From assembly GCA_963758495.1 (NCBI GenBank), contig CAVWVI010000003.1:128001-192000 (forward strand): a DNA stretch of 64,000 nt, read 5' to 3'. Below the pieces are notes generated by a model that was given only the letters and a program-made list of their open reading frames with translations, made no database searches and was not told the DNA's origin. A program made the translations under genes and the position numbers. The DNA is from Oligoflexia bacterium (GTDB lineage: Bacteria > Bdellovibrionota > UBA1018). Each line of letters starts with the position of its first letter. Position 1 is the first letter of the stretch. Positions 42,644-52,379 of the stretch are shown one piece after another.

Positions 42644-43494
42644 GCTCCCAGGTCCTTCTTTTTCCGATAGATTCGCGCCGATTTTGAAAATTCTTCAAAA
42701 GCATTACGGTGCCTGGACGGCATCAGACTTTCTTTCGTTCCGAGACAGAGGAAGCCACCAGGACAAAGACTCTCCTGGAAGAGTCCGATTGCTCTGTTGT
42801 GAAGTTCTTGCTTGAAATAAATCAAAGCATTTCGGCAGAAGATGAGTTGCATCTCACCGAACACGCCATCACTCACCAGGCTATGGTTGGCGAAAACCAT
42901 GTGCCGCTTTAACGCAGAGATGAACACTGCGGACCCATAATCTGCCGTATAATAAGAATGAAGCGCCCCCTTTCCACCTGCTTCGAAGTAGCGCTGAGTC
43001 CCCTCTTTCAAAGTGTTCAGATCGACGACTCCCTCCTTTGCTATTTTGAGCGCGGCCGGATTGATATCGGTGCCATAAAGAATTGAACGCTCATAGAGCC
43101 CCTCCTCCTCCAAGAGGATGGCCAACGAATAGACTTCTTGCCCTTCCGCGCAGCCAGCGAACCAAATTTTGATTTCCGGGTAAGTTCTTAAATAAGGAAA
43201 AACTTGTTCACGAATTATTTTGTAGACACTAGAATCGCGAAACATTTCTGAAACTGTGACTGTCAGGTCGCTCAATAAGCTAGAAAAAAACCAGGGCTCG
43301 GTTAATAGCCGTTGACGAATTTTGGAAACATTTTCACATCCGTATTTTGAAAGGGCTCTTATTAGCCGACGTTTAAAGCTGAACTCGCTGTAACCGTGAA
43401 AATCGTAACCATACTGATCGAGTATTGCATCCATCAGTAACTTGATTTCTAAGGAGTCCGGCTCATAGGGGACACTTGCCATTTGACTTTTCAT
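42640..43494 (-). CDS. cheR: CheR-type methyltransferase
   Basis: YGYDF, VSEMFRD, AGCAEGQEVYS, CRNALIYF. Confidence 0.93.
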   Translation of the reverse strand: MKSQMASVPYEPDSLEIKLLMDAILDQYGYDFHGYSEFSFKRRLIRALSKYGCENVSKIRQRLLTEPWFFSSLLSDLTVTVSEMFRDSSVYKIIREQVFPYLRTYPEIKIWFAGCAEGQEVYSLAILLEEEGLYERSILYGTDINPAALKIAKEGVVDLNTLKEGTQRYFEAGGKGALHSYYTADYGSAVFISALKRHMVFANHSLVSDGVFGEMQLIFCRNALIYFKQELHNRAIGLFQESLCPGGFLCLGTKESLMPSRHRNAFEEFSKSARIYRKKKDLGA

Positions 43495-43527
43495 CTTGAT
43501 TCTATCGCGTGACCTTTCATCCTGATT

Positions 43528-46500
43528 CTACCGCGACAGCCAAACCCGAAGCAGAGATAAAAGAGCATCTAGGTCAATCGGTTTAGAGAGATAATCATTT
43601 GCTCCTGCTTTTAGGCACTCGTCCCTATCAGAACTCATTGCTTTGGCCGTAAGCGCAATAATGGGAAGTGTATTAAATCTCTTTTCACTGCGAATGTGTC
43701 GCATCGCTTCATATCCATCCATGACTGGCATCATGATGTCCATAAGTACTAAGTCGGTGTCCGGTTGAGCAGCTAGCTTTTCCAAAGCTTCTTGCCCGGT
43801 TTTGGCAGCTTGAACCTGGAAGCCCTTTTTTAATAAAATACCTCGAAGTGCATAAATATTTCGCATGTCATCATCCACTAGGAGCAGTTTCTTATCTTTA
43901 AAAATTTCCTCACGATGGTTGACTGGAGCGACGGTTTCCTGCTCCCCTTCCTGAGGACCGTTTGCCTTCACATTATGGAAAAAAAGCGTGAGCTCGTCTA
44001 AAAGCCTTTCTTCAGATCGTATCCCCTTAACGATAATTGACGTGGAAAATTCATTCAATTTTTCGAACTCATTCTTATTTAAGTCTTGGCTTGTATAAAC
44101 TATTACGGGCGGCCTAGCAATGCTTGGGACTTTCTCAATTTCCTCCAGGAGGCTAAAGCCAGACATGTCCGAAAGGTTGAGGTCCATAATCATGCAGTCA
44201 AAAGATCCGCTTTTCAATTGCTCCAACGCTTCATGAGCAGACTCAACGCCCACGCTTTTTACGTCTATGCTGCCAATGAGGCGAAGAATATTTTCTCTCT
44301 CGATCTTCTGGTCCTCCACTACAAGAACCCTTCCGGCCTTGCTTGAAAGGCTCTCTGCGATTTTCCGGAACACGGCTTCGATCCCTTCTTTACTTGCCGG
44401 CTTTTCCAAAAATCCGATGGCTTCTTTCAAAAGCTGTGAGCCTCTGTCATCCACTGACATTGTATGTACAGGAATGTTCCGAGTCTTCGCCGTGCCTCTT
44501 AGCTTGTTTCGAACATCCATGCCGTTCATCCCTGGGAGCTTGAGATCGAGAATAATGGCGCTGGGTAAAAATTTGATTGCATCTTCTAAGCCCGATTCGC
44601 CATCGGCGGCGAGCAGACACTTGAAACCGTGGCTGTGGCAATGTTTATAAAGAATTTTTGCGTAATTCGGATCATCTTCAATGACTAAAATAGACTTCAC
44701 ATGAAAACCGAGATTCTTCCGGTCGTCCTCGATACCATGGGCTCCGGTTCTGGCCTTGGATGAAAGGGCATCTTCTGAGCTTGGCCCTTCCCGTCTGCCC
44801 GAGAGTTCATCTTTGTCAAAATTCTCGGGCTGGGAATTCTCGGGCCGAAAACTCTCGGGAAGAAAGATGACAAAACGACTCCCCGTTCCGAAAGTGCTTT
44901 CGAGTTGAATTTCTCCCCCAAGCAGCTGGGAAAGCTTTTTAGAAATCGTCAAACCGAGACCAGCACCCCCGAACTTCCGGCTCGAGGTATTATCCACCTG
45001 CTCAAAAGCTCCAAAAATTTTTTCTTTTTTATCTTTTGGGATACCCACTCCCGTATCCGTGACGGATAGGGCGATCGCGGACTCCGGGTCCAGTCGGCTT
45101 GCCGAGAGATCCGTTTCCTTTTTTGGACGCTCGAACGACAGAACAACTTTGCCACTTTCAGTAAACTTTAACGAATTGGAAAGGAAGTTTTTGAGAATCT
45201 GTTCCAGCCGAAACCGATCCGTAATGATCGTTTTTGGACAAAATTTTGAAATCTCAATGAGAAAAGTAAGTCCCTTCTGTTTCATCTGTTGCCGAAAGAG
45301 GGTTTCCATCGACTCTGCAAGGTCAGACAGTTTCACTTCACCTACTTTCACATCCAATTTTCCAGCCTCGACTCTGGACAGATCCAAAATATCGTTGATC
45401 AGGCTGAGGAGATCTGCGCCCGACGAATAGATTGTCTCGAAAACTTCCCTCTGCTCCTGAGAGACATTTTCTTCGCTCTCTTCTGTAAATGATTTTGAAA
45501 GCAGGAGAATAGCGTTGAGAGGGGTTCTCAGCTCGTGGGACATGTTAGCCAGAAATTCAGACTTATATTTACTGGCTCGTTCGACTTCTATGGATTTTGC
45601 CTCAATCTCCTTGCGAGCTTTTTGAATTTCGCGATTAGTCTCTTCCAGTTTTTCAGTCCGCTCTTCGAGCTCTGATCTTTGTTCTTCCAGCTCTTCATTG
45701 GTAGCTTTTAATTCTGCTTGTTGCACTTGCAGCTCTTCCGACTGAGCCTGGGCTTCTTCGAGGAGTGCCTTGATTTTATAACGACTCTGAGCTGAATTAA
45801 ATGCAACGCCGATTCCATCAAGCCCCAGTTTCAAATATTCAAGGCGGGTTTCAGAAAGGGGAGAAAGGGCCCCTACCTCGATTACGCCTTTGACCGCATC
45901 TTCATGAAGAAAAGGTAGAATATGGACGGACGCCGGTGAGGCTTCACCCAGAGCTGAGCGAATTTTTAGATAATCTTTTGGAACATCCAAGATTGAGATT
46001 GGACTTTTCTGAAGAGCAGCCTGGCCGACGAGACTGTCCCCTAACTTAAGCTCCTTGGGAGAAGTCTCTGGCTGGCTTCCGTACCCTCCCGTATATTGCA
46101 GGACGCCGTTGTCGTCGGTAATATAGATCGCGCCGGCCTGGCCTTGAATAGTGTTAACAAGGGTCTCGATTGTATTCTTTGCAAGTGCAGTGATACTTTG
46201 ATCGCCGATGAGTTTCTCATTGAGCTGGATCAATCCGGATCTGATCCAATTCTGATCTTCAAGTTTTCGATTTAAAACGAATCTCTCCTTTTCAGTGAGA
46301 CTCACCATAATTGCTGCAATGATGAGGATTAAGTTCGCCAGAATTCCACCCGCGACAATAATTATTTCACTCAGTTGTGTGGAATTCGCCGTTTTTTCGT
46401 TCCGAATCACGAGAAGTCTTTGCTCTTCAGCTTTGATCTCGGAAAGAATCACACGGATGCGGTCCATGAACTCTTTGCCGACATCGGTTCGAACTACTTG

Positions 46501-46905
46501 CCGGGCAGAATCGAATCCCTTGTGCTTCCGAAGAGATATCGTTTTCTTCAATTCGGCTATTTTTTTATCTTTTAATCCCTTTAATTCATTGATTCGATGT
46601 TGTTCATTTTCGTTATCCAATGTGAGAGTCTGCAACTGATTCAGAGTGGTATCCACTGTTTTTAGGGCGCTTTCGAAAGGTGCCAAATACTCGTCTTCTC
46701 CTGTAATGAGATACCCACGTTGTCCCGTCTCAAGGTCTTTCATTTGGGACAAAAAGTCTTCGGCGGTCACTTTGACCTGCACCGTGTGAGTGACCCAGGC
46801 CGCGTTCTCTAAAAGGGTACCGATTGCGGAATAGGAGGAGACGCTAATGGTTGCCAGGAAAATGAATCCCAGCAAAAAACCAGCATTCGACTTCGTTCTA
46901 AGCAT
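43528..46905 (-). CDS. hybrid histidine kinase: CHASE3, GAF, HK, three REC domains
   Basis: ETGQRGYLITG (CHASE3), MSHELRTPL, GAGLGL, three receiver domains. Confidence 0.93.
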   Translation of the reverse strand: MLRTKSNAGFLLGFIFLATISVSSYSAIGTLLENAAWVTHTVQVKVTAEDFLSQMKDLETGQRGYLITGEDEYLAPFESALKTVDTTLNQLQTLTLDNENEQHRINELKGLKDKKIAELKKTISLRKHKGFDSARQVVRTDVGKEFMDRIRVILSEIKAEEQRLLVIRNEKTANSTQLSEIIIVAGGILANLILIIAAIMVSLTEKERFVLNRKLEDQNWIRSGLIQLNEKLIGDQSITALAKNTIETLVNTIQGQAGAIYITDDNGVLQYTGGYGSQPETSPKELKLGDSLVGQAALQKSPISILDVPKDYLKIRSALGEASPASVHILPFLHEDAVKGVIEVGALSPLSETRLEYLKLGLDGIGVAFNSAQSRYKIKALLEEAQAQSEELQVQQAELKATNEELEEQRSELEERTEKLEETNREIQKARKEIEAKSIEVERASKYKSEFLANMSHELRTPLNAILLLSKSFTEESEENVSQEQREVFETIYSSGADLLSLINDILDLSRVEAGKLDVKVGEVKLSDLAESMETLFRQQMKQKGLTFLIEISKFCPKTIITDRFRLEQILKNFLSNSLKFTESGKVVLSFERPKKETDLSASRLDPESAIALSVTDTGVGIPKDKKEKIFGAFEQVDNTSSRKFGGAGLGLTISKKLSQLLGGEIQLESTFGTGSRFVIFLPESFRPENSQPENFDKDELSGRREGPSSEDALSSKARTGAHGIEDDRKNLGFHVKSILVIEDDPNYAKILYKHCHSHGFKCLLAADGESGLEDAIKFLPSAIILDLKLPGMNGMDVRNKLRGTAKTRNIPVHTMSVDDRGSQLLKEAIGFLEKPASKEGIEAVFRKIAESLSSKAGRVLVVEDQKIERENILRLIGSIDVKSVGVESAHEALEQLKSGSFDCMIMDLNLSDMSGFSLLEEIEKVPSIARPPVIVYTSQDLNKNEFEKLNEFSTSIIVKGIRSEERLLDELTLFFHNVKANGPQEGEQETVAPVNHREEIFKDKKLLLVDDDMRNIYALRGILLKKGFQVQAAKTGQEALEKLAAQPDTDLVLMDIMMPVMDGYEAMRHIRSEKRFNTLPIIALTAKAMSSDRDECLKAGANDYLSKPIDLDALLSLLRVWLSR

Positions 46906-47057
46906 TGGACACCGGTCTCTTCAGTCTACTCTTTGATGCCTTCTTCGTTCTACTCAATGAAAAGGACAAATCCGCCTCCTATCTTGCTATCCAGGCAGCA
47001 GGTAGCAAGCGATCAAGTTTGTACTATCCAGATATATACAATCTATCGCTTTGAGCT

Positions 47058-47105
47058 TATGTTGTAAACAAGCTATGTTGTAAATAGGTTATATTGTAAA
47101 CAGCG
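47058..47105. repeat. three 16-bp-period direct repeats (TATRTTGTAAA core)
   Basis: Units begin at 47058, 47074 and 47090. Confidence 0.75.
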
Positions 47106-49125
47106 GATAAGGAAATTAAAGCATAAGTCAGCGCAGAAAATCTCCCACTTGGCAGCATAACCTGGCAACGAAGTCCAATAGCTGACGATCGATGATCGGA
47201 CTCGTAGGCCCGAAACGGGACCGCTCCGAACCTGTTTTGGATAATGAGGGCAAGGGAGTGCCGATCGCATAAAGGATGCTTAGATAGGGGAGAGTTTTGA
47301 GCCTGGCCCGGGTGTCAGGTAAAGCTCATTTGCGGTGAAAAACGGGATGGGGCAACATCGGGAGGCTTGGAGGGCAAGTCCAGATGATCGAGGATCTTCT
47401 TGATCGCGCTGGTTTCCAGGATCGCAGCGATGGGCTTTAGGTCACCATGACACTTGGGGCAATGGGCCATGTCGATGGCAAATACGCGAGCCAGGAGTTC
47501 TGCCCATCCTCTGCGACGCTTTTTCTGGGGCGAGGGAGTAGTCTCGGATGCTGCGATGACTCGGGTCTTTTCGGAAGTCTCCTCTTTTTTGGGCACGATG
47601 GTGGAACGAATCTTGGAGTGAGGTGCGAGGCAGCCAAAGAATCTTGTCAGATGAATTCGAGGTGCGGGCACAAGTGCGGCGAGCTTTTCGACAAACTCCA
47701 GTCCTGAGAAGAGCAGATGGCTAGTGCCATCGGAGTAAGGATGTTTGAGCTTGAGCACCACATCTCCAGAAGCACGAAGTTGGAGGCGCTCCTCGGCGAC
47801 AGCGGGTCTTGTGATATAACGGCACAACTTTTCAAGCTTACTTTTTTCCCCAGGTGCGCAATAGACCTCCGCGTGGAGCGAAAACCCGGCAACTACCGCG
47901 CAGAGCGGGCTTTTGAGTTCGGCTTGGAAGTCCCCAAATTCTCCGAAACCACCGCTACCCAGGCGCCGGACTCTTTGGCCTTTGCGTTCCCCCAGGGCAA
48001 TTCGTGATTGGACCGAGGCAGCCTGAAGTTCTGGAAGAAGTTCCTCTTGGGTCATGTCCTCGTCGGGGACAGCGAAGTCGACTTCGTCTTGGATGTAGCC
48101 CCTTTTTTTCAGCAAACGGATTACCCGTTTGGCGAGCGTCAGGACCAGGGCTTGGATCTCGCCATCAGTCGGAGGATCAACCCACCAGTAACGTGGGCCT
48201 TGATGGGTTTCGTAGAATTCTCCTTCTAGGAAAAGCATGTGGTAGTGGATGTTCAGATTGAGACTTCCGCCAAATCTTTGGATGAGAGTGACGGCACCAG
48301 GCTGGAGTTTGGCCTTGAGCCCCTTTTTCTCGGCTTTCTTCCTGATGAATGCGGTGATAGCCCGATGGATGAGGGTGAGACAACTGGCCTGGATTTTGGG
48401 GTTCTTGGCCAGAATGAATCTCACCGGAATGGGAAACGAAATCACCCATTGCCGCACTCCGACCTTTGGAAACACCTCATCGACCAGATGAGCGGCACTC
48501 TCGGCCATTCTCCTGCCACCACAGGAGCTACAGAACCCTCTTTTTTTGCAGGAAAATGCCAAAAGTTTTTCATGTTGACAGTCTTCACAGCGCAGTCGCA
48601 GAAAGCCATAGGTAAGGATGCCGCACTGGAGAAAAGCTTCGAATTCTTGGGTGACATGTTTGGGGATGCATTTACCCGCTGAGTCGGCCAGTACTTCGAA
48701 GGTCCGGAAGTTCTGAGCTACGGCTTGGTAGAGAACGGTCTGCTCTGGCCGTCGTGGCGAGTATTGACCCCCGAACTCCGTGAAACTCAACTGTGTTTGT
48801 CCCATAGGGGCTACGATGCATCGCAGGAGCTGTGCCAACGGGGACCATCAACTCCCAACAGAAGGCGGTATTACAGGTTGAAGGGGGACGTCCACTTTTG
48901 AGTCTTTGGCTTGAGTTGGCCCAACACCTCGTAGCCAGATGGATTCCCGACCAAGTGCGCGGCTCCGTCTTTGTTCCTGAAACATCTGAGAAGTTAGGCA
49001 ATGTAATTGAGCGAGGAATCATCTCTGCACGGAAGAGGTCGTCCCAAAAAATTGATCATGACGATCTATCCATTGATCAGCCTCTTGAAGCGATAGACGC
49101 CGGGGGGCGGCGTATTGAAATGGCC
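47103..49125 (-). mobile_element. ISCR/IS91-like rolling-circle element copy B; upstream (ter) boundary uncertain
   Basis: The end shared by all three copies reads GCTTTAATTTCCTTATCCGC on the minus strand (oriIS-like); GC-richer than the host; no TIR or TSD. Confidence 0.88.
47315..48838 (-). CDS. IS91/ISCR-family HUH transposase; start probably 48805
   Basis: C..GFLRLRCEDC..SCKKRGFCSSC zinc domain, HYH HUH motif, KLCRYITRP single catalytic Tyr. Confidence 0.95.
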   Translation of the reverse strand: MAQLLRCIVAPMGQTQLSFTEFGGQYSPRRPEQTVLYQAVAQNFRTFEVLADSAGKCIPKHVTQEFEAFLQCGILTYGFLRLRCEDCQHEKLLAFSCKKRGFCSSCGGRRMAESAAHLVDEVFPKVGVRQWVISFPIPVRFILAKNPKIQASCLTLIHRAITAFIRKKAEKKGLKAKLQPGAVTLIQRFGGSLNLNIHYHMLFLEGEFYETHQGPRYWWVDPPTDGEIQALVLTLAKRVIRLLKKRGYIQDEVDFAVPDEDMTQEELLPELQAASVQSRIALGERKGQRVRRLGSGGFGEFGDFQAELKSPLCAVVAGFSLHAEVYCAPGEKSKLEKLCRYITRPAVAEERLQLRASGDVVLKLKHPYSDGTSHLLFSGLEFVEKLAALVPAPRIHLTRFFGCLAPHSKIRSTIVPKKEETSEKTRVIAASETTPSPQKKRRRGWAELLARVFAIDMAHCPKCHGDLKPIAAILETSAIKKILDHLDLPSKPPDVAPSRFSPQMSFT

Positions 49126-49176
49126 AGGATTCTTTAAAATTTATTCTAAAGAAATTTCTGGAAGATCTACAATTGT
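49126..49176 (+). repeat. 51-bp exact copy of an internal segment of the PRPP-synthetase-like gene (33193-33243)
   Basis: AGGATTCTTTAAAATTTATTCTAAAGAAATTTCTGGAAGATCTACAATTGT occurs at both positions. Confidence 0.9.
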
Positions 49177-49544
49177 GACCCGTAAAAGTAAATCAGAACG
49201 ATTTCAGGAAAGCTTTGCTGCATTTTACTGACCTCAGTAACGACGACATTGACGCGTTATACGCACTACGATGTTCGTATGCACATAATTTTTCGATGAC
49301 AAATATCAATGCACCCCGAGGCAAGTTCATTTCGGCCCATGCCTTTCGTCAACGGACAGGCCCGAGTCAAGGACTGCTCACACACGCTACTCGCAAGTGG
49401 GATGGGAATCTAGTCAACTCAAACATCCCGCTCGACTGCATTACACATGTTAATCCAGATGAAGTGGGGAATCTCGTTGAAAAAGTTGTGAGTACAATCG
49501 GAAAGCTCCATCACTCGTCAAACCTAATCTGCTTCTGGACCTAG
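49177..49544 (+). pseudogene. truncated gene fragment with an R-x4-H (HEPN-like) motif
   Basis: Frame PVKVNQNDFRKALLHF..LYALRCSYAH opens at the junction with the 51-bp insert; no RBS or ATG. Confidence 0.5.
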
Positions 49545-49886
49545 TTTTTGATAATTAATTAAATAGATTTCAAAGCTATCGATTTTTTCAGGCCAAAGCT
49601 CGTCACCAAAAATATGGCCTTCAATAGTCTTAAGAAAACCGTCTTTTATATACATCACAAAGCCGACATCAATTCTATTGTTAATGATTGCCCCAACACG
49701 TCCTCCAGTAAAGTTTTTGCTAAAATTTGAAATGAGCACTTTAGAAGGTTCTAGTCTTGTAAAAAAGCCAACAGGGGTAAAATTACGGTTAACAACTTGG
49801 ACATCAATTAAATTAGAATCAGACTCCATCTGTTCCGATTCAAAAAATTTCTTTATAACAGCAATTTCAAGTTCATTTAGAAACAT
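49524..49886 (-). CDS. putative immunity protein, copy 1
   Basis: 120-aa paralogue of 51604 and 52010; preceded by a toxin-tip remnant. Confidence 0.75.
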   Translation of the reverse strand: MFLNELEIAVIKKFFESEQMESDSNLIDVQVVNRNFTPVGFFTRLEPSKVLISNFSKNFTGGRVGAIINNRIDVGFVMYIKDGFLKTIEGHIFGDELWPEKIDSFEIYLINYQKLGPEAD

Positions 49887-49894
49887 ATCATCTC

Positions 49895-49966
49895 TCATTT
49901 AGGAATGAATGCCGTACTCAGCTTAAAAGCTCCATTGGCAATACTTCCGCCTATTACCACGTCAGA
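49895..49966 (-). pseudogene. remnant of a toxin C-terminus
   Basis: SDVVIGGSIANGAFKLSTAFIPK* aligns with QSVIVRGNILDGVFRLGTAFIAK* of 52380..53975. Confidence 0.75.
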
Positions 49967-50174
49967 CTATTTTTCCTATCTGATATTCGTTCATCGGACT
50001 ACTGCCCATACCGGGCGCACTCGCACGCTCGCATCCTACTCGCGCCGTCCTACGGACGTACTGCGAACGAGGCTAAGCAGAGGAAAACAGAGAAGGAAAT
50101 ATTTTTGTTCAATACGAAACAAAATCCCTTTCTACTAATAAGAAATTTTATTTTCTCTTTTTTTGTCTCTTAGG

Positions 50175-50231
50175 TCTTGATGCCGGTACGGCACAGCCGG
50201 CGCGGGCAAGGATGCCCGCGAGGCATCAAGA
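50175..50231. repeat. GC-rich branched inverted repeat (REP-like or structured RNA)
   Basis: Outer stem TCTTGATGCC/GGCATCAAGA, inner stem CGCGGGCA/TGCCCGCG. Confidence 0.7.
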
Positions 50232-50495
50232 AACAACTGGATGGCGTTAGTTCGCAGTTGGAGCTAGATTAAAAAAAATAGCACGTTCAGTATGATTAGT
50301 GCGAATCCTCTTGACGAATTACGAGAGTCAAAATTTCCTAGGGTTGATTCATGTTTCTATTTGGCTTCCATTTGCAATTAGATAGCCGTATGCAATTAAT
50401 CACAAGATGAAGAGACTTTTTTCATAACCCTCCCTGAATTAGCCCCCTATAGCTCATCTAAAGGACTCTTAAAAGCATATGCTATATGATTTTTT

Positions 50496-51551
50496 ATGAA
50501 AAACCTCACCCTCTTGTCAAAAGAAGAACTCCTAAAACATGCTAAATACTTAGTAGAAGAAGATCGGAAGATCTCTCTGCAACTCATTGAAGTACTTCGC
50601 GAGTGCGAAAAGCGAATGTTGTTTGCAGAATTGGGCTATGGATCGCTCTGGCAATTTGCTGTTGAGCACCTAGGACTATCTGAGGGCTCCGCTCAGTTAC
50701 GAATTAGTACAATGAGACTCGCTCGAGAAAATCCGAGTGTAAAAGATGCATTGGCGTCTGGAAAATTGAGCCTCTCTAATGCCGCTCAACTTCACAGTTT
50801 CTTTCAAGCTGAAAAAAAGCAAGGGAAAATTCATACTCCTGAATCCAAGAAGACAATCATCGCGAGTGTCTCAGACTTGTCAAAAAAGGAATGTGAACAG
50901 CACCTCTTTGCGCTCGCTCCTAAGTCTGTTCCACAAGAGAAGCAAAGAACTGTTTCTGAATCAAAGACTGAATTGAAACTGGTATTAGATAATGTGCTCG
51001 TAGAAAAACTTCAGAAACTTAAGGGACTTTTAGCGCATAAATTTCCTCGAGCATCCTATGGAGACCTGATCGAGTATTTAGCGGATCAGACCCTAGAGCA
51101 ATTGGAAAAGTCCAAAGCTGGCTCGAAGAGCACTCAGGAATCTATTTCAACCACTTCACCGCGTCCGGACGAAGTAAAAAAACTAAAAAAATCAGGAATG
51201 CAAGATCAGAGAAAATCCATCAACAATGGTTTAGAAAACATGAAATTGAAACCAGAACCATCTGAAAAAAAGAACGAGGCAAAGGCTCCTACTGCTCGAA
51301 TATACATTTCTCTTGCCACTCGTCAGTCCTTATGGAGGAGAGCAGGAGGCCGATGTGAGTTTGTGACAAAAGATGGAATTCGCTGTAAAAGCTGCTATCA
51401 ATTGGAACTCGATCATATTATTCCACTGTCTGCTGATGGAACAAATCACTTTTCGAATTATCGTTATGTTTGCAGATCGCACAATCTTTTTGAAGCAAAG
51501 CGCACAATCGGGGCTCATGTTATGCAAAATTACGTGTCTTCATTAAAATAG
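50496..51551 (+). CDS. HNH endonuclease with long helical N-terminal region
   Basis: GRCEF...C..LELDHIIP..GTN..N...CRSHN. Confidence 0.88.
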   Translation: MKNLTLLSKEELLKHAKYLVEEDRKISLQLIEVLRECEKRMLFAELGYGSLWQFAVEHLGLSEGSAQLRISTMRLARENPSVKDALASGKLSLSNAAQLHSFFQAEKKQGKIHTPESKKTIIASVSDLSKKECEQHLFALAPKSVPQEKQRTVSESKTELKLVLDNVLVEKLQKLKGLLAHKFPRASYGDLIEYLADQTLEQLEKSKAGSKSTQESISTTSPRPDEVKKLKKSGMQDQRKSINNGLENMKLKPEPSEKKNEAKAPTARIYISLATRQSLWRRAGGRCEFVTKDGIRCKSCYQLELDHIIPLSADGTNHFSNYRYVCRSHNLFEAKRTIGAHVMQNYVSSLK

Positions 51552-51581
51552 TAATCATTACGCTAAGAATTGGTCTCCATA

Positions 51582-51606
51582 TCGAAGCAGAATCTAAAAG
51601 TACCTA
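51582..51606 (+). repeat. 25-bp imperfect direct repeat, left copy
   Basis: TCGAAGCAGAATCTAAAAGTACCTA; 22/25 identical to 54122-54146. Confidence 0.75.
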
Positions 51607-51978
51607 GTCAGCTACTGGACCTAGTTTTTGATAATTAATTAAATAGATTTCAAAGCTATCGATTTTTTCAGGCCAAAGTTCGTCACCAAAAATGTGACCT
51701 TCAATGGTATCGAGACAACCGCCCTCTATATACATGACAAAGCCGACATCAATTCTATTGTTAATTATTGCCCCAACTCGTCCCCCAGTAAAGTTTTTGC
51801 TAAAATTTGAAATGAGCACTTTCGAGGGCTCTAGTGTTGTGAAAAATCCAACAGGGGTAAAGTCTCGATCAATGACTTGAATAGCAAGCAGTTCAGAATC
51901 AGACTCCATCTGTTCCGATTCAAAAAATTTCTTTATAACCGCAATTTCAAGATTATTTAGAGCCACTTCTGCCCTCAC
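51604..51978 (-). CDS. putative immunity protein, copy 2
   Basis: Paralogue with GFFT, VGFVM, EGH and WPE motifs. Confidence 0.75.
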   Translation of the reverse strand: MRAEVALNNLEIAVIKKFFESEQMESDSELLAIQVIDRDFTPVGFFTTLEPSKVLISNFSKNFTGGRVGAIINNRIDVGFVMYIEGGCLDTIEGHIFGDELWPEKIDSFEIYLINYQKLGPVAD

Positions 51979-52009
51979 TGAGTCAATTTGTCCCTAATTC
52001 GAAAAGTGT

Positions 52010-52372
52010 TTAATCAGCTTCTGGACCTAGTTTTTGATAATTAATTAAATAGATTTCAAAGCTATCGATTTTTTCAGGCCAAAGCTCGCCATTAAATGTA
52101 TGACCTTCAACAGCCTCGAAGTAACCGTCCTTTACAGACATAACAAAGCCTACGTCAATGCTATTATTAATAATCGCCCCAATCCGTCCCCCTATAAATG
52201 CTTTCTTGAAATTTGAAATAGGTACTTTATAGGGTTCTAGGACCGTAAAAAATCCAATTGGGGTAATATCACGAGCGATAATTGGAACAGTAATTAGATC
52301 GGTTTTAGAAGCTATTTGTTCCGATTCAAAAAATTTCTTTATAGCCGCAACTTCAAGCTCATTTAGAAACAT
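52010..52372 (-). CDS. putative cognate immunity protein, copy 3
   Basis: ATG at 52372 with GAGGT RBS overlapping the toxin stop codon. Confidence 0.75.
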   Translation of the reverse strand: MFLNELEVAAIKKFFESEQIASKTDLITVPIIARDITPIGFFTVLEPYKVPISNFKKAFIGGRIGAIINNSIDVGFVMSVKDGYFEAVEGHTFNGELWPEKIDSFEIYLINYQKLGPEAD

Positions 52373-52379
52373 ATCTACC

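Noticed and set aside
42059..43494. Chemotaxis operon
   Set aside because: No cheA, cheW or MCP; the context is a hybrid-kinase module.
48832..49137. Plus-strand 101-aa ORF upstream of the transposase
   Set aside because: No recognisable motif, and it ends inside the 51-bp captured fragment.
50496..51551. IscB/Cas9-like nuclease
   Set aside because: No RuvC motifs or PLMP N-terminus; HNH only.
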